64,000 bases of DNA from Yuukianura sp. NJ FZ-2021 (taxonomy: Eukaryota), in the NCBI GenBank assembly GCA_046563655.1, contig CM102290.1:4154001-4218000 (forward strand), given 5' to 3'. A model generated the notes under the pieces. It had not been told where the DNA came from, did not search any database, and saw nothing but the letters and a program-made list of their open reading frames with translations. Below, one piece after another: positions 14,001 through 27,134 of this stretch (position 1 is the first letter of the stretch; every line of letters begins with the position of its first letter). Position numbers and translations under genes: made by a program.

Positions 14001-17000
14001 CAAATCGATATCTGCTGAGCTCTGGACAAATCATGTTTGCTTCAGTGGAACTCAAGGTACCAAGGACTTAAAATCGTCCGAGTAGCACAGGGTTTTGAAA
14101 GTTCCAAAAAAAAAGTCCACCAAAACTTTGCTTACTTTATTTATTTTAAAAATCCTTGAGTTTTTGATTTTGAGTTTGAGTGAAGAGTTTCTTTTGTTGG
14201 AATTTATGTTACCGCTACCGGAGATACGGAAAACCAATAGGATCTCCGTTTCCAAGTATTTCCGTCTTGTCATTTTCTGTTTGTATGATTTCATTAGGAG
14301 AAGCTCAAGATGACACTAGACTTGGAAATGGTAAAGTTTAGTGCTTATGTGACAAAAAAAAAGTTTCTTAAAAAGACAAGTTTTGTTCTTCCGTCCACTT
14401 TTGGCAAAAGTTCAAAAGTTGTTTTGTTTTTTTTACGTCGTCACTCTTCGGTGAGGCCATCTGGGAAACTCGTAGGATCAATACTAATACTTTCTCCCTC
14501 ATAAAAAAAATTCTCTCGTTCCGTCGGTCTGGTTCTAACAATTCTGTTTGCTTAAATATTATGAGAAATCTAACAGTTTCCCCGCCACGCTGCTGTCGTC
14601 AGTCAGCTCCTGCCTTTAACTTTCTTGATTTTTTTGTAGCTCCAATGCCAAAGGAGGAGCAGAAGAAGAAAGTCAAAGCCCGTGGAGTGTCAAATCGAAA
14701 TCGAGGTCTTCAGTGGATTCGTGAAAATGATGTGGATCCAAACGGCGTTATTTATTTTGCTGATGATGATAACACTTATGATCTCAGACTGTTTGAAGAA
14801 GTGAGTAAATAATGCTTTTTCTTTTCTTTTTTTTAGTCTTCTTCCTCTCCTCCTTGCCTTAGCCCAATCTTTGAATTGTTCAACAATAAGTTTTCCTGTC
14901 GACTTTCTCCGTCTTCCTTTTAAATAAATCGCTACACTTTCTCTTTTTCAAAAGTTAGTCAACGTTCGTGCTGGAGGAGAGCTAGAAGAAAGCAGTCTTA
15001 GAATTGTAGACCCCTAGATATTCAAAGAACTTTTAGTCGCACTCTCTTGCTTTCTCTCCCTCTGTCAAGAATTGTTTCTTTTGAATTATTGTTTCGTAAA
15101 AAATTACTAAGCTTTCTTTAGGAACACATTGAAACTAACAATAGAAAAGAGCGGAACTTCTGGACCGTTTTCTTTGAATTCATCCTCAAGTGTTTTCTCT
15201 CAAAAAAATATTTTTTTTTTCAAAAATGATTTTTTTTGTTCACTCCCAAAAACTCCTTTATTCTCGATCCCATTCCCTTAGTCGCTTATAGCTGAATCCA
15301 AGAATCCAACGTACCATTTTCCAAGAGCCGTTTCATTTTTCATCAAATAAAATAAACTTTCACTTTCCGCTTTCCCATTCCCTGGATCCTACCTTTCCAT
15401 TAAAAATGTGAAAGGATTTGGAGTTGCTTGGTAGTCGCAGGGAATGGATGGATTCCTCCATTTCATTGTGCGGAACGTGTAAGCAAGGGAATTAAGGAAA
15501 AAGCCTATTCCTTCAGTCCCTGCCATATGCTGAAATAGAAAGGAAACAGGAATAAGAATTTGTCTCTAGAGAAGGATTGAAAATGAAGAATTAACTTCCT
15601 TACGGTTTCCCCCCTTTATCGTACGTTTCCGCTCCTTCCTGGATTGTTCTAAGGGGAAACACAAAGAGAAAGTCTTCATCGTGTTCAGGATAATTTAAGG
15701 ATATGATCAGATTGGAGAAAATTAATAAGCTTACGATGCAATAGGCGCCTCTGAAGGTCTTAAGCCCCTAAAAGAAGCTTAAGGACACAAACCTCATCTT
15801 TCTCCAGAGACCAATAAAGGAAATGTTTTCAGCGGGGAAATGGGGACGTTGTAGCATAGGAAAGGACCCGTATACCTTGGACGACATGCTTAGTTTTCCT
15901 AAAGTCTCCTCATAAAATGCACTGACTTATGCGTTGTGCTTGTGTGTTGACAGATTCGAACGGTGAGGACTCTGGGTATGTTTCCCGTGGGACTCATTAC
16001 TAGTACTGGAGTGAGTACGCCTATTGTCAAAGATGGGATCGTGACGGGCTTCTACGATGGATGGTTAGCTAATCGAAAGTTTCCGGTGGACATGGCTGGT
16101 TTTGCTTTTTCCGTACAACTCCTTCTGCAGGTAAGCAGTCTCTAATAGTAGTAGTTGAAACAATTTCTACTAAAATACTGGGGGATGCCGGTAGGACATT
16201 AGCTTTAAAATCGAAACTCAGGAATTCTGATGTAAGACCAAATCTCAAAGTTTCATATTACTCTGTTTTTTGGTTCAAATGTTCTGAAATTGAATTTACT
16301 GAAAAGAACTTCCGATTGAACGCTAAAAAAAATTGCCGGATCGGAGACTTCGGGAGACGAAGGTAAAAGGTCGATATTCTGACAGTCTTTCTGAGTTTGT
16401 TTGTTGAGGAAGACCAACGTGGAACCTAATGCAATTAAAGTCTACAAGAAAGAGGAGATTTTGGCGAGAAAGTTTGAAGACGAACGTGCAACGCAAGGCG
16501 GTTCCTCCATTTAGTACTAGTTGAGGCTTGAGTGAAAGTGAGAAGGATGCGAAGTGGCAGCATTGGAACTAGGGGTTGCAAAGTCGACTTTGAGAGTCGA
16601 GTCGAAGTCGATTTCTTGACCATTTTTTGAAAAGTCGAAAGTCGACTTTACGACCTACGAAAGTCGACTTTGACTTAAAAAATAAGGTAATTTGAGCCTT
16701 GGAAAGCGCAATCTAACTTAATTTCTAAGGTTTGTAAATCCTTTAAAAAAATTGTCAACTTCCTTTTGGCGGATTTGCGGGATTCGGATTTGAAAATTTT
16801 GAATCCGGAATTGACTATATTTTAGGGCATTTTTTAGGGCTAAGTAAATTTTTTAATAACTAGTCAACTTTGTTCACAGTGTAGGGGAAATCTAAAAACC
16901 TGATTAATACATTAACCAGTTAATGTGTATTTTTTTTCAGAAAAAAAAAAAGATTTGAACAGAATTTTTTTTTAAAGTTTTCGTGTAATAGTTGTTTGAA

Positions 17001-19823
17001 GTTAAAGTAACTACACAAAAAATGTTGAACAGAATTAACCCAATGAATCAACATTTCCTTACGTTTCGGTGTGTAAAGCCAACTTTTTTGTTGCTTACTA
17101 AAAAAAAATTTATTCTGGGCGTTTGCCATGCACTTATCAGAAACCGGTTTTGGTCGGCAAATCTCCGAAATCCGGATTTTTGAAAATGGTACGGTTTTGA
17201 GACCCCTAAAGGGATGCTACATTTAGTTTTCTATTGAAGATTCAAAGTCGACTCCAAAGTCGACTCTAGAGTCGAAACTCAATTTCCAGAGTCGAAAGTC
17301 GACTTTGAGAATTCGTTCGACTTTGCAACCCCTAATTGGAACCAGTCAGCCAAGATTTTTGTCAGATTTGACTTGAGAAGAAGACGAATGAGGTGACAGA
17401 AAGAAGGATTTTGGTGATATTCTAATGTCTTGAACTTATGCCATCTTCTTACGATCTCTTACCTCGAACGTTTCATCTGCCGCTTTTAGCGTTCTGGAAA
17501 TGATGCGAAGCTTCACTGAATAATTTCGAGATCCATCGATAACATTCTAGACGGAAGTGGTTGTTAGGTCTGGAAATAAGATTTCACTGCGAGGTACTAT
17601 TCGAATGTGGCTCCAAAGGCGCCAGAATTCCTGGCAAATGAGGAATATCCAAAGCATCTTAGGAGTGGTAAGGGTGGTCCATGCTTAAGTTGGTTTTTTG
17701 GTAGCTTTCTGAATTGCGGTTTATACAAGTGTGATTGAAGCGTCTTCTGTGTTATAGAAGACGTTGTTTGCTGGAAAAGAAAACGGCAAGGAGATCGGTC
17801 GTTGTAAAACCGTAAGAGATTCGTGTATCCCACGGATATGGGAAAAGCAACTTTATTTATATTCTATCAAAAGGACACGCTTCCTACTTTCTCCGCTTGT
17901 CTTGACAAGGAAGAAAAGGCCCATTGACTTTCCTTGCATATTCCACATCTCTCGCCACGCGTTTGTCCATATTCTGACAAAATCTATATTTATAACTCCA
18001 CATTCAGGATTTATTCTCGTTCCGCCACGCCATTCCTTTCGTTAGAGAAAGGAACCATCTTGTCTATTGTCGTTATTGGCCAAAGGGAATTTCAGAGCAT
18101 AAAATTTAAATTTGTTTGGCTCCAAACATCTTGTCTGAAATTTTGAAATTCGGTGAATTTATTTTTCATGTTCAAAGTTTGAAATGAACTTAAGAACAAG
18201 TTGTAGAAAATTCTTGGTGAATCTCTCCGTGGGGCTTGTGACAGCAGAGAGTGAAAGGAACTTGTGCGTTCTGTAATGCACTTGGCTCGAGTCCCATAGA
18301 ATTGCTAAAGAGGAAATTGGATTAATTTTTAGAATCAAGATGTGTGAGACTATTATTGAAAAGTCTTCAGAGGGAAAGAGGTCATAAAAGGGAAAGTGGG
18401 AAGTTTTGAAGTTGTGTAGCGAGAAATAGGAAGGAGGAAAGAGAAAGGCACGGCACAAAATTGTGGAAGTATACAGGAAAATTCTCGATTAAAATTCTGG
18501 TCGGGTCTGATACCCGCCTCCCCTGCTATCCACTTTAAGACTGTAACGTTGGACCCACCATCCAAGCACTATTCTCATGCCAAAACTTTTTCTTTAAAGG
18601 GAATGGTTCCTAAACTTAGCTTTCACCCCCACCTGAATCTCACTTGTGTCCAAAATGAAGAAAGATTGTCTACGGACCTCTAAGAAATGGAAGGATTCAT
18701 TCCAGAATAGCTTTTCTCCTATCTCTGTCTGCATTTCCTTAACACTTTTAGCCCTTTTGTGAACTTTCTCCAAAGAGGTTTTTGATTCCTTTTGGAAAGC
18801 TTTCGTTGGCGTTTTCCTGCTGTGGCAAACATTAAGACAAGCCTCGAATCTTGGAAGCTTGAAAGCTTTGCTTTGCTCCTGCTAGTGATGGTTAAAAGGC
18901 AGAAGCTGATGGTGGCATTCACTTCCACTGGAAGTTAAGGACTGAAAGACAGTTCTTCTAGCAACAAAATCACAATCACAGTTACTACTATGGCTTGCTC
19001 GAAAGCAACTACCACCAGCAGATTCATAGCACCACTGCCATCACTTAACCAAAAACTATATCGATCTATCTTCCTCAATTTCCTTCCGCCTCCACGCCTC
19101 ACTTCTTTGGGTATGGCTCCTGCTGCGTCTTAAGCTTTACGGACAAGAGTTTTCTTAAGTTTGCGAACCCTCCTGAACAAGATTTCCCATTATTCAACTT
19201 AAGGATTTGAGTACTCAAACTAATTGCATCTCCAGCGCAACGATAACCTCAGATTCCTATTCCTTCTTTACATGTCAGCTTGTCAGTTAAAACGCGCTAA
19301 AACTCTGCCTGGGGATACGTTTACGGTGAATCTTTGTGAGTGAGTATGGCGTGGTCTGGAACGGTCCCGTTCCGCACACGATTTCCCATTTCTGCCATTT
19401 CATGTTTGCTCTTATAGTGCAGCAAAATGTGAAATGAGAGTGAGCAAAAACACTCCATGGATAAAAGCGCGTTTGAAGAATGTTCGACAGTTTTGTTATA
19501 ATGAAATGACGAGATACTTTCTCTTAATCCTTTTTCCAGAAACCCAAAGCCAAGATGCCATTCATCCCTGGATACGAAGAGGATCGATTCCTGCAGTCCC
19601 TGGAGATGAAAATGAGCGATATTGAACCAAAAGCTTCCAACTGTACCAAAGTAAATACTCAATTGTAATTTATTTGCTTAAACTACAAAAACGTTTAACG
19701 CAGTTCTATTTTCAGATTTACGTATGGCATACTCAGACGAAGAAAAATAAACCTCCAATCAAAGCCAACGGGACCTACTTCAATACGAACATTGACGTCC
19801 TGTACAAGTTCTTGGAGTCATAG
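11016..19823 (+). CDS. Galactosylgalactosylxylosylprotein 3-beta-glucuronosyltransferase (GT43/B3GAT family, GlcAT-P/S-like), 344 aa, 7 exons
   Basis: Exons 11016-11114, 12683-12818, 12920-13162, 14640-14800, 15954-16130, 19540-19650 and 19716-19823 join in frame with GT-AG ends. N-terminal type II membrane anchor ([18 protein letters not shown]). Family motifs [36 protein letters not shown] (DXD), [26 protein letters not shown]. Confidence 0.93.
16570..17334. mobile_element. Non-autonomous hAT-type MITE in GlcAT intron 5
   Basis: Perfect 18-bp TIRs TAGGGGTTGCAAAGTCGA (16570-16587, inverted at 17317-17334). Perfect 8-bp TSD ATTGGAAC (16562-16569 and 17335-17342). Clusters of subterminal GTCGA(C) motifs at both ends. 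Confidence 0.9.
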
Positions 19824-20548
19824 AAGTTGATTGACACCAACCACAATCACCTTACAGTTTCATTCAACGTCAATTCCTAAAAGTGAGCCCTTTTTCCAGT
19901 TCTTTAGAGCGGTTAAACGTCCGCCAATTTTAACTATATTTTTGTAAAAAAAAAAAATGAAAAAGAAACAATTCCTATTGTGTGCAGTTTCTCTAGTCGT
20001 CCAACAAACCAAAACTAGAAATATTACACATGTTAATTATAATTTAATGAAAAAGTAATACTAAGGTATAAACTTCATTTTAGCTTTAACCAAACTACTC
20101 TATCTTTGCAAAAGCTCGATACGTTAAGCGCTGTTTTAGGTTCCATCAACCTAAATAATCGTCTTCAGCATTTCACCCACCTTCCCTGAAATAAACCTAA
20201 AGCTTTCCTGTTAGGTTACACTTTTCCTCCTAATTTAATAATTCAAGCTTTCCACATTACCGGTGAACGTCGGTTGTTCCTGTTTTTAGAACACGAATCG
20301 TATTGACTCCTACATCTTTGATCATTAAATTAAGTCAAACTGTGATCTAACAGGCTTTTAGTATTGTACGCGAATTAGTTTGTTATTTTATTTAATAGTT
20401 CATCAGAGTTTTACTTTTGGTTCCGTTCCACTTGCTTTATAACAGGGATGGCGACGGCTAGTTTGGCTGCTGTAAACACAAGCGTTCCAAACAACATTGG
20501 CAACAGTTGAGAACAAGGATCTATGGTCATTCATTCGAACTCAAAACC

Positions 20549-21310
20549 TTAAAAATTCATACATCGGAAACGGAAAAGAAGGTCGAAGCCTTCTCATTTT
20601 GTTTTTTTTCGAAATTTCGTCAAAATTTTAGAGTACGTTTTTAAAATTTCGAAAAATCCTTCTATTTTTTCAAGGTTTGGTGCAAAGAGTACATCTCTAT
20701 ATCGGTTTCCGTTCCCGAGATATGACTTTTCAAAGTTTTTGAAAATAAATATCCTAAAAACCTAACCAAAAATTTTGAAAATTTTTATCTCAGGAACGGA
20801 AAGCGATGGAGACCTAATCTCTCCGCGAAAAACTTTCCATAAATAGGAAGAACTTTTAGAAATTTTGAAAACTCCAAAATCGAACATCAAGTTTTTCATC
20901 AAATTCTGAAAAAAACCATGGACTATAGTCCATGGATTTTTTCGAAATTTGGTCAAAATCTGAGGGTACCTTTTTAAAATTTCTTAAAATACTACATATT
21001 TTTGTGAATTCAGGAGCGAAGAGTTTACCTCTCTATCGCTTTCCGTTCCCGAGTTATGAATTTTCAAAGTTTTTGAAAATTAAAATAAAATTTTGAAAAT
21101 TTTTATCTCAGGAACGGAAAGCGATAGAGACCTAATCTCTCCGCGAAAAACTCTCAAAACAGATGAAGAAATTTTAGAAATTTTGAAAACTCCAAAATCG
21201 AACATCAAGTTTTTCGTCAAATTTTGAAAAAAAAAAAACATGGGCGTTCTGTTCCCGAGATATGAATTTTTAAATTTTTTTTTAAATTAAAGTAAAGTTT
21301 TTGAAAATTT
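20549..21310. repeat. Array of about three palindromic units of a dispersed repeat family
   Basis: Motif AAAATT(C/T)(A/T)TATCTC(G/A)GGAACGGAAAGCGATAGAG and its reverse complement alternate at about 20551 (degenerate), 20695, 20778, 21031, 21096 and 21250. A near-identical sequence is present at 58.9-59.3 kb. Confidence 0.85.
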
Positions 21311-22272
21311 ATAGTTTGTTTGCCAACCCTGTTTACTTACGAAGACTAGGGCTAATTGTTTAGGGCGTTTACCGATTTGCCGGTACGCGTCCAGGAGATT
21401 ACCGCGTAATTTTCTGCCTTATTTTTTTTGAAAACGTAGAACAATTCCCTGGTGGAATGCAATTTAGCATCAATTTGCTAGACGTTACCATTCTTGAAAT
21501 AACTACATTGTATTTAGTATTGAGTTTTAAGTTACAGGAACTACGCAGATCATAAATCTAGAATTTAGTTAAGCAGTTGTCCAATTCAAAGCTTAGAAAT
21601 ATATACTAACTCTTGTTTTTCTACAAATTTTACTCTTGTGGTCCTCAAAATTTATAACTCAAATATTATTCCATTAATTACGTCGTCGTTAGCTAAATAG
21701 TTAATAGTTTCGTGTTTAGGCATTTGAAAACAGGAGATGCCTCCAGAGCTAGACACTCTTTGTTAAATGTAATCATGTATGATTTGAATTTATAAATATT
21801 TTCTATGTAGATGTGCCTTAACGAACGATTATGTATTTCGGAGAAATAAAAAAAAACACTGCTTCGTACAAATCCAGTCCAAGCACCGCAGATGAAAACG
21901 GAACTGCATGGGAAATCATAGCTTTAATTATCACTCTTCATAAAATTCTGCCGGTTTAAAAATTAATTAAAGAAGCTGCCATAAATTAAAATCGAAAAGA
22001 TTGCTTAAAAATCATAAAATTTATAATCTTGGTATTAGAATAATTAATTTTTATATACCAATTGTCACTATTTTTAACTAAAAATCTTTCCATTGAATGG
22101 AACAACGAGGTGTCATAATTTCTAATTAGGAATTAAAAATAGTCGCACCGAATGGTTGTCGGCTAGAACCCAACATCGTGCACCACACGGGTCATTCAGT
22201 AAAATAAGTAAGGCGTTCAGAACTAAGTAATAGTAAGTATAGGACCGTACACCACAAGTACAGCCGAGACCA

Positions 22273-25200
22273 TCAGATTTGATCGACTGACAAGTCCCCT
22301 GTCATGGGTACTTCCTGGTCGGCCAACTCACCGTCACCTTCGGCATCATCATCGCGGTCATCACTTGAATTTCGGAATGCGCAAGAATTTGCATAATGCC
22401 CAATTTTGTTGCATATTCGACATTGACGATCAACCGGAGGATTGAAGTCACTACGAATTACAGCAGGATCAAGAAAGAATGACTGCAACAAATAAAAAAA
22501 AACACGTTTTAAATTGATTATTATTTCAGCGGAATAGTTCTTATTTTGACTAAAACGTACCCTGTAGTCGATTTCCGGCGAAAAATTGGGTATTGATCTG
22601 GAAAATATGCGGCGGAACCTCTCCAAAGTCTTGATTATAAATACGCTCACTGAAATTGAAATGCAATTGGTTAGAGTGGTGTTGATAGTATCAATGAAAC
22701 AAAAATGATTGAGCTGATTACTCCGTCTGGTCAGCCCCGCTCCAAGATTGTGCGACTTTTCGAACGGATCCTCAATGCAAATTAGAGTAGATGCCGTGAA
22801 ACGTGCTTCTTTCCGAGAAAGCGGTGCAAGCTGACTAATATTTATCACATGGACTTCGTAGTTGAACACTTCAGTATAATAGCGGAAAAAATTCAACAGT
22901 AGCATCGCTTCTGAATCATGATTTCTTCCGAAATGTTCCCAATGCACAGGCAATGACTGTTGTAAACGGAGAGATTCATCAGTCCAGCATTAATTTTCTA
23001 GGATTAAACTAAAAACTTACATCAAGGTCTGAGAAAAAGTAAGTGTCCCAACCGTCTTGAGCACAAACGGGTTTATCATCCATCGGAATCTGCGAATTGA
23101 AATAAGATTTATCTGAGTTATTTGTTCCAGCCAAAGTATTGTTGTTTAAACATATTTAGCTGTGAGATAAGTTAGGCCTTTTATGGAATATCACGTTAAT
23201 GCTATTGTTTCATTACCTCTTGTAATACCGGAAGAACCGGTACTGGCAGTTGTTGCAAGAAATGGATGAGCATCAACGAATAAGCATAGGAAGACAAACT
23301 CCCCTTCGACGCATCACCAATGTCGCATATTTTTGTCAATTGCTTCAGGAAGCAGCCGAGAATCTGTAAACATGAGTGCCGAAACGTTAATACCTTCCGT
23401 ACAGTGAGGAGAATAGAATACACTAGGTACTTACTTTAACCCTTTGGTCAACATTGGAATACGCTCGCAGCAACCTCGTGTTTCTTATAGGCAAAACGTT
23501 GTAAAGACTAAGGTCACATTCGAGTCCAGTCGGTTTGTGCTTAAATTTAATGATGGGCACTTTGGCAGTCGGTATTGCGAACACCTCCTGCATAGATCCT
23601 TTACTTCGTAGCATCTGCACCATTGACTGTAGTAGTTCAGCCGTTTCCGCTGAATGAAAATTGGCCTAAAGAGTGACATAAAAGCACAACAACCGTCAAA
23701 GAACTGTAACTGTGTAGCTACGCCTGCTAGCCGGTTGATTTAACCTTCTCTATGGGGTGCCGTTCGAAACGAACTGAGACATCGACATCGGATCCACGCA
23801 GTCCAAATCCGTTGGCAGTTGAGCCAAACAACATTAGCTCTACATCAGGAAAATGTCCCAGTAGATGGTCGTATAAATCTCGCACCAAAGCAGCTCTGTC
23901 GTTGTTGCATGATTCAGTCAGACATCTCAACCCTGAAACAACGATACGAGTAATGAGTTTTAAGAAGAGTTTTAACAATTTTACATTTATCTCACCATAA
24001 ACGTTTCTCATAAAACTGCTTAACACTTGGAGAGTTGTATCCTCAGGTAGCGCAACGGGAGAGAATGTCGGCAAAATCTCTTCTGGACAATGCATTTTCA
24101 CATGATCGTCTTTACCACAAGATTTGCAGTGTTTAGGAGGCTCTTCCCCATTCTGGCAAATAGCTCGTTCAAATTTAAAGAAGTAATCACAGGGCAAAAA
24201 ATATCTGTCCAGCAGTGGCAGGTCTTCTGCAATGATATGCAAGTAAGTTTTGCTTCCGCTGTAATCAGGTAGTTTAATAAATCTCATCTTCCGAACGATA
24301 AACGGTTCTGCATTTAACTCTGAAACCGAAAAGTTGGATAAATTTAGTTCCACGCAAGACGTCTTTTTGTTTTGTGTACACAGCAGCATAACTTACTTTG
24401 CAGTTCTTCGAAAGTATGTTCATTGTAAACCTCGAGCAACCGGTCTTTATCAACAATTTTTGGCGGTCCCGCTTCATCATAAAAGAAAATTTTGCTTGGA
24501 TCTCTGACCAATCGTATGGGGATGATTTTGTCAAAAACCGGAGTTCCTCCCTTCACTTTCGCCAACCCAAAATATTTGAAAGCGACTTTGATTGTGTGAA
24601 GAATGTAGTCGAAGACTCGATTCGTACTGGCGTTACGACATAAATTCGATCTAGGTATAATTGGATCTGTAATATTACAAAAAAAACAGAAAGAAATGGT
24701 TCAGAGGTTGTGTAAAAATATCACTGACTAATGTACTAACCTTCGATTGAGATTTTTCTATTCCAGATTTTGTCTTCTGATTTCAACAGTTCTTTCTGCA
24801 CTAGCGAAATTACATTTTCCTTGAAATTAAATTCAAGGCTGTACTTGCGAAGGAGTCCAATCCATAAACTGCCAAGCGTTTCTCTATTTTCAGAACGCCA
24901 ATACATGAAGAAGTTGCTACCATCTATAAAAGCAGACCAACTTAAAGTACTGTTTCTGACTTTCACTTTTAGTTAGCTTCCATCGGCGACTTACGCATAA
25001 AAAACGTGCGGTAATTCTGTGAAGCATTTTCAGGAAGAATAATAAACGGCAATACTCCGACATCTATGAGATGCTTCAGCGCCATCACAGTAAACGCATG
25101 ACCAGGCAAATAACCCTGCTCCTGATCGTCAACCCCAGTTTGCTGTTCAACCATTCAACGGTAAACATTTGACACAAATTCCGAAAAAAAATAACCACAG

Positions 25201-27134
25201 CTGTAGTGCATTCTTACCCTTGCCCAAAATCGGAACGCCACAACCAAGAATCTCACTCGTTCGTCTAGCCTGTTATACTGCTCAAATAGTTGCGCCAGCA
25301 TCATACCAGCCACGTTATTTACTTGAACTGAGCAATTTCTGTCAACGTCTGTGTCTTTGAACTTCAATTCAAGACTGTGCTGTCCTTCTGTAACATCCCT
25401 AAAATTCAAAAACTTGAGTGTGCATAGGTTTTCCCTTGTAGTTGAACTACCAATTTCTTTAACTCAAGTCAATGTCGCTTTACGAACGTACCTTACAAAT
25501 GAAAAATTTTCCAATACCCTTGCTAGTTGGGCAACCTTTGCAATATGTTCGGCACCAGTCATTGCCTCCCCCGTTGCTGTTTGTTTTGATGTCAAGTCCA
25601 GATTTAAATTGATGTCAGAACTTTTAAAGCCAAATCCGGAAACGGAAGATCCAAAAAGCTCCAATTTTAAATCTACAACGGATTAAGAAATTAAGCAGGT
25701 GAAGAACTCCAAAGTAATGGAAGATCCATGACAACAACAAATGAATAAGAATCTTGTGTGATTACCGTGTGGTTCCAATGCTTGATTTAGTTTATCCAGA
25801 ACTCCTACACGCAAATTACGCTCAAATTCGTCGATCCCATCATTCGTCATGACGGTCTGTACAAGAAACCCAAGGTTGGTGATATGGTTCTCGGTAGGAA
25901 ATGGAATATTCTTGACATCGAGATCCAATTCGTGCTCCTGTGCGTAAAATATATCACGTCAAAACAAGTCAAAACTTAAATCTTAGAATGCTAAGATATT
26001 TTCACCTGTGCGTTCGATTGATGCCTTGCATTTGAGGCGTGAGAGATAACGTTTGTTATATTATCCATATGGTAATTGCAAATGTAACAGAAATACTTCG
26101 CCTTCGCAAACTTCAAAGATCTCTAAAATAAATAGAAAACAAAAACAAGTTTTTGAATTGGGCCGTGTCAACGTAAACTAACGTTTCACTTACGGAAGTG
26201 AGAGGCTCGATGCAGTGGAGGCCAAATACGTATAGTACCTCCTTATCAAGATTCAAATGATACATCGGTTTGTGTTCTTCGAGGGAAGCGGCTATGAGTT
26301 TATCAGTCAGTTGCACCAAATTGGCCGGGCAGTTTTTGTTCCTTAGCAGTTCTTGCATATGAGAAATAACCTTGGACCGAGGTCGCTGCTGGTTATTACC
26401 ATTCACGGCTTCGAAATTCCGACCACTGTGTTTTGGTGGCGAATTGCGGACTAAATGATACATAAAATCAGTCTTAATTCATTTGTTAGGCACGAAGAAC
26501 GGAAATAGTGTTGGATTGTGAGATCTGGTCACCCATATATGAGTACTGCGGCGGTGATTGGACATTCTGTTGCCTGGGATGACTCTGCGATCCACCCAAA
26601 CGGTTTAATTGTTGGTTTATCAAACGGGGTGCACTCATAAGCATTACAGATGGTGGCGGGCCTCCCAATATGCTGCTCGGTGTGGGCCTCAACGGCGGAA
26701 TTTTGTGGTTCAATTGCGATGTTGTCGTAGTGGCAGCTTTAGTAACCCCGTGTTGTCTTCCATTGTGTGAATGACCTAAGAACCGTATCAATCCGGAGTC
26801 ATGAAATGTTGAACTTATCTTTCCGACTCAGTTGGATCAAATTACAAGTTGTATTTTATATTTTATTCACATGCAATAACGTACCCTTGTGGACTTCACC
26901 TTGTCCTTGTCCAAAGGAATCCAGTAACAAAGAGGCAGAATCCTTTGTATTATAGCCTGTTGTATTAATGACCGATTGTGGTACACAAGTGAAACCCCTT
27001 GTATCCATCAGTGCCTTCATGCTATCAGAGTCCATCGGTACTTTCGGTACGTTTTCTGCTTTCCGTGTTTCTATGCGCGGAACCTTCAGTATTTGCTGTA
27101 GTTGTACCGAAATTACATCCACCTCGTCTGTCAT
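22273..27134 (-). CDS. TUT7: Terminal uridylyltransferase 4/7-like (ZCCHC11/ZCCHC6 type), about 18 exons
   Basis: Spliced minus-strand model: C2H2 finger (YFCYICNYHM...SHASNARH, ~26010-26100); degenerate first nucleotidyltransferase (FGSSVSGFGFKSSDINLNL) with PAP-associated region; CCHC knuckle CKSCGKDDHVKMHC; active second domain (FGSTANGFGLRGSDVDV, AKVPIIKF, ECDLSLYN, GSLSSYAY, IEDPFEKSHNLGAG); knuckle CRICNKIGHYANSC. The symbol denotes the TUT4/TUT7 co-orthologue. Confidence 0.9.

Noticed and set aside
20443..21331. CAGGGATGGC and GCCAACCCTG as hAT TIRs enclosing the 20.5-kb repeat array
   Set aside because: Only about 10 bp with a mismatch, and the flanks (CTTTATAA vs TTTACTTA) do not form a convincing 8-bp TSD.
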